A DNA stretch of 24,000 bases from the NCBI RefSeq assembly GCF_042686195.1, contig NZ_JBHUOQ010000001.1, positions 1,435,775 through 1,459,774 of the forward strand, read 5' to 3'. The notes under the pieces were generated by a model. The model saw only the letters and a program-made list of their open reading frames with translations. It ran no database searches and was not told the origin of the DNA. This DNA is from Corticicoccus populi (lineage in GTDB: Bacteria > Bacillota > Bacilli > Staphylococcales > Salinicoccaceae). Each line of letters begins with the position of its first letter. Positions within the stretch are counted from its first letter, which is position 1. Position numbers and translations under genes: made by a program. Below are positions 23,998 through 24,000 of the stretch, piece after piece.

Positions 23998-24000
23998 CTT

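Noticed and set aside
1-24000. Searched for any mobile, defence or accessory island: integrase, transposase or recombinase ORFs, IS-type terminal inverted repeats, tRNA/tmRNA attachment sites, CRISPR repeats, toxin-antitoxin pairs, restriction-modification or nuclease/helicase clusters of unknown function.
   Set aside because: Every sizeable ORF has a confident housekeeping or envelope/transport assignment, and the synteny looks like conserved core genome. I saw no abrupt compositional change, spaced repeats or tRNA-like sequence. By eye I cannot exclude short dispersed repeats; a self-dot-plot would settle that.

Overview
This window is a conserved, mostly housekeeping chromosomal segment of a low-GC Gram-positive bacterium (Bacillales). 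The gene order is uvrB, csbA-like, HD hydrolase, TlpA-like, P60 hydrolase, cccB, prfB, secA, hpf, comFC, comFA, degV, yigZ-family, tagO, LCP, GGDEF (gdpS-like), ytxJ, murB, an sstABCD-like iron-siderophore ABC transporter, and a YhdH-type oxidoreductase. As far as I recall, this closely follows the equivalent Staphylococcus locus. A cytochrome c-551 gene and very acidic exported proteins suggest an oxidase-positive, halotolerant Staphylococcaceae relative such as Salinicoccus, Jeotgalicoccus or Macrococcus; that is inference only. I call 26 CDS (one open at the left edge), about 10 intrinsic terminators, several promoters and three operator-type sites (LexA, WalR-like, Fur). I found no tRNA, rRNA, CRISPR array, transposase, integrase, phage gene or recognisable defence gene. 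I also found no convincing evidence for a novel multi-gene system, so this looks like an ordinary core region. The items most worth a second look are regulatory or degenerate-domain features:
- a GdpS-like GGDEF protein with an NGEEF motif, coupled to an LCP ligase and divergent from tagO
- a perfect WalR-consensus repeat in a long non-coding region upstream of the P60 hydrolase
- a strong terminator abutting the comFA ribosome-binding site
- a perfect 19-bp Fur palindrome
- the prfB +1 frameshift
- an SDR-fold protein that has lost its cofactor and catalytic motifs

Where my start codons differ from the ORF track, I re-called them from Shine-Dalgarno (SD) spacing and homolog N-termini.
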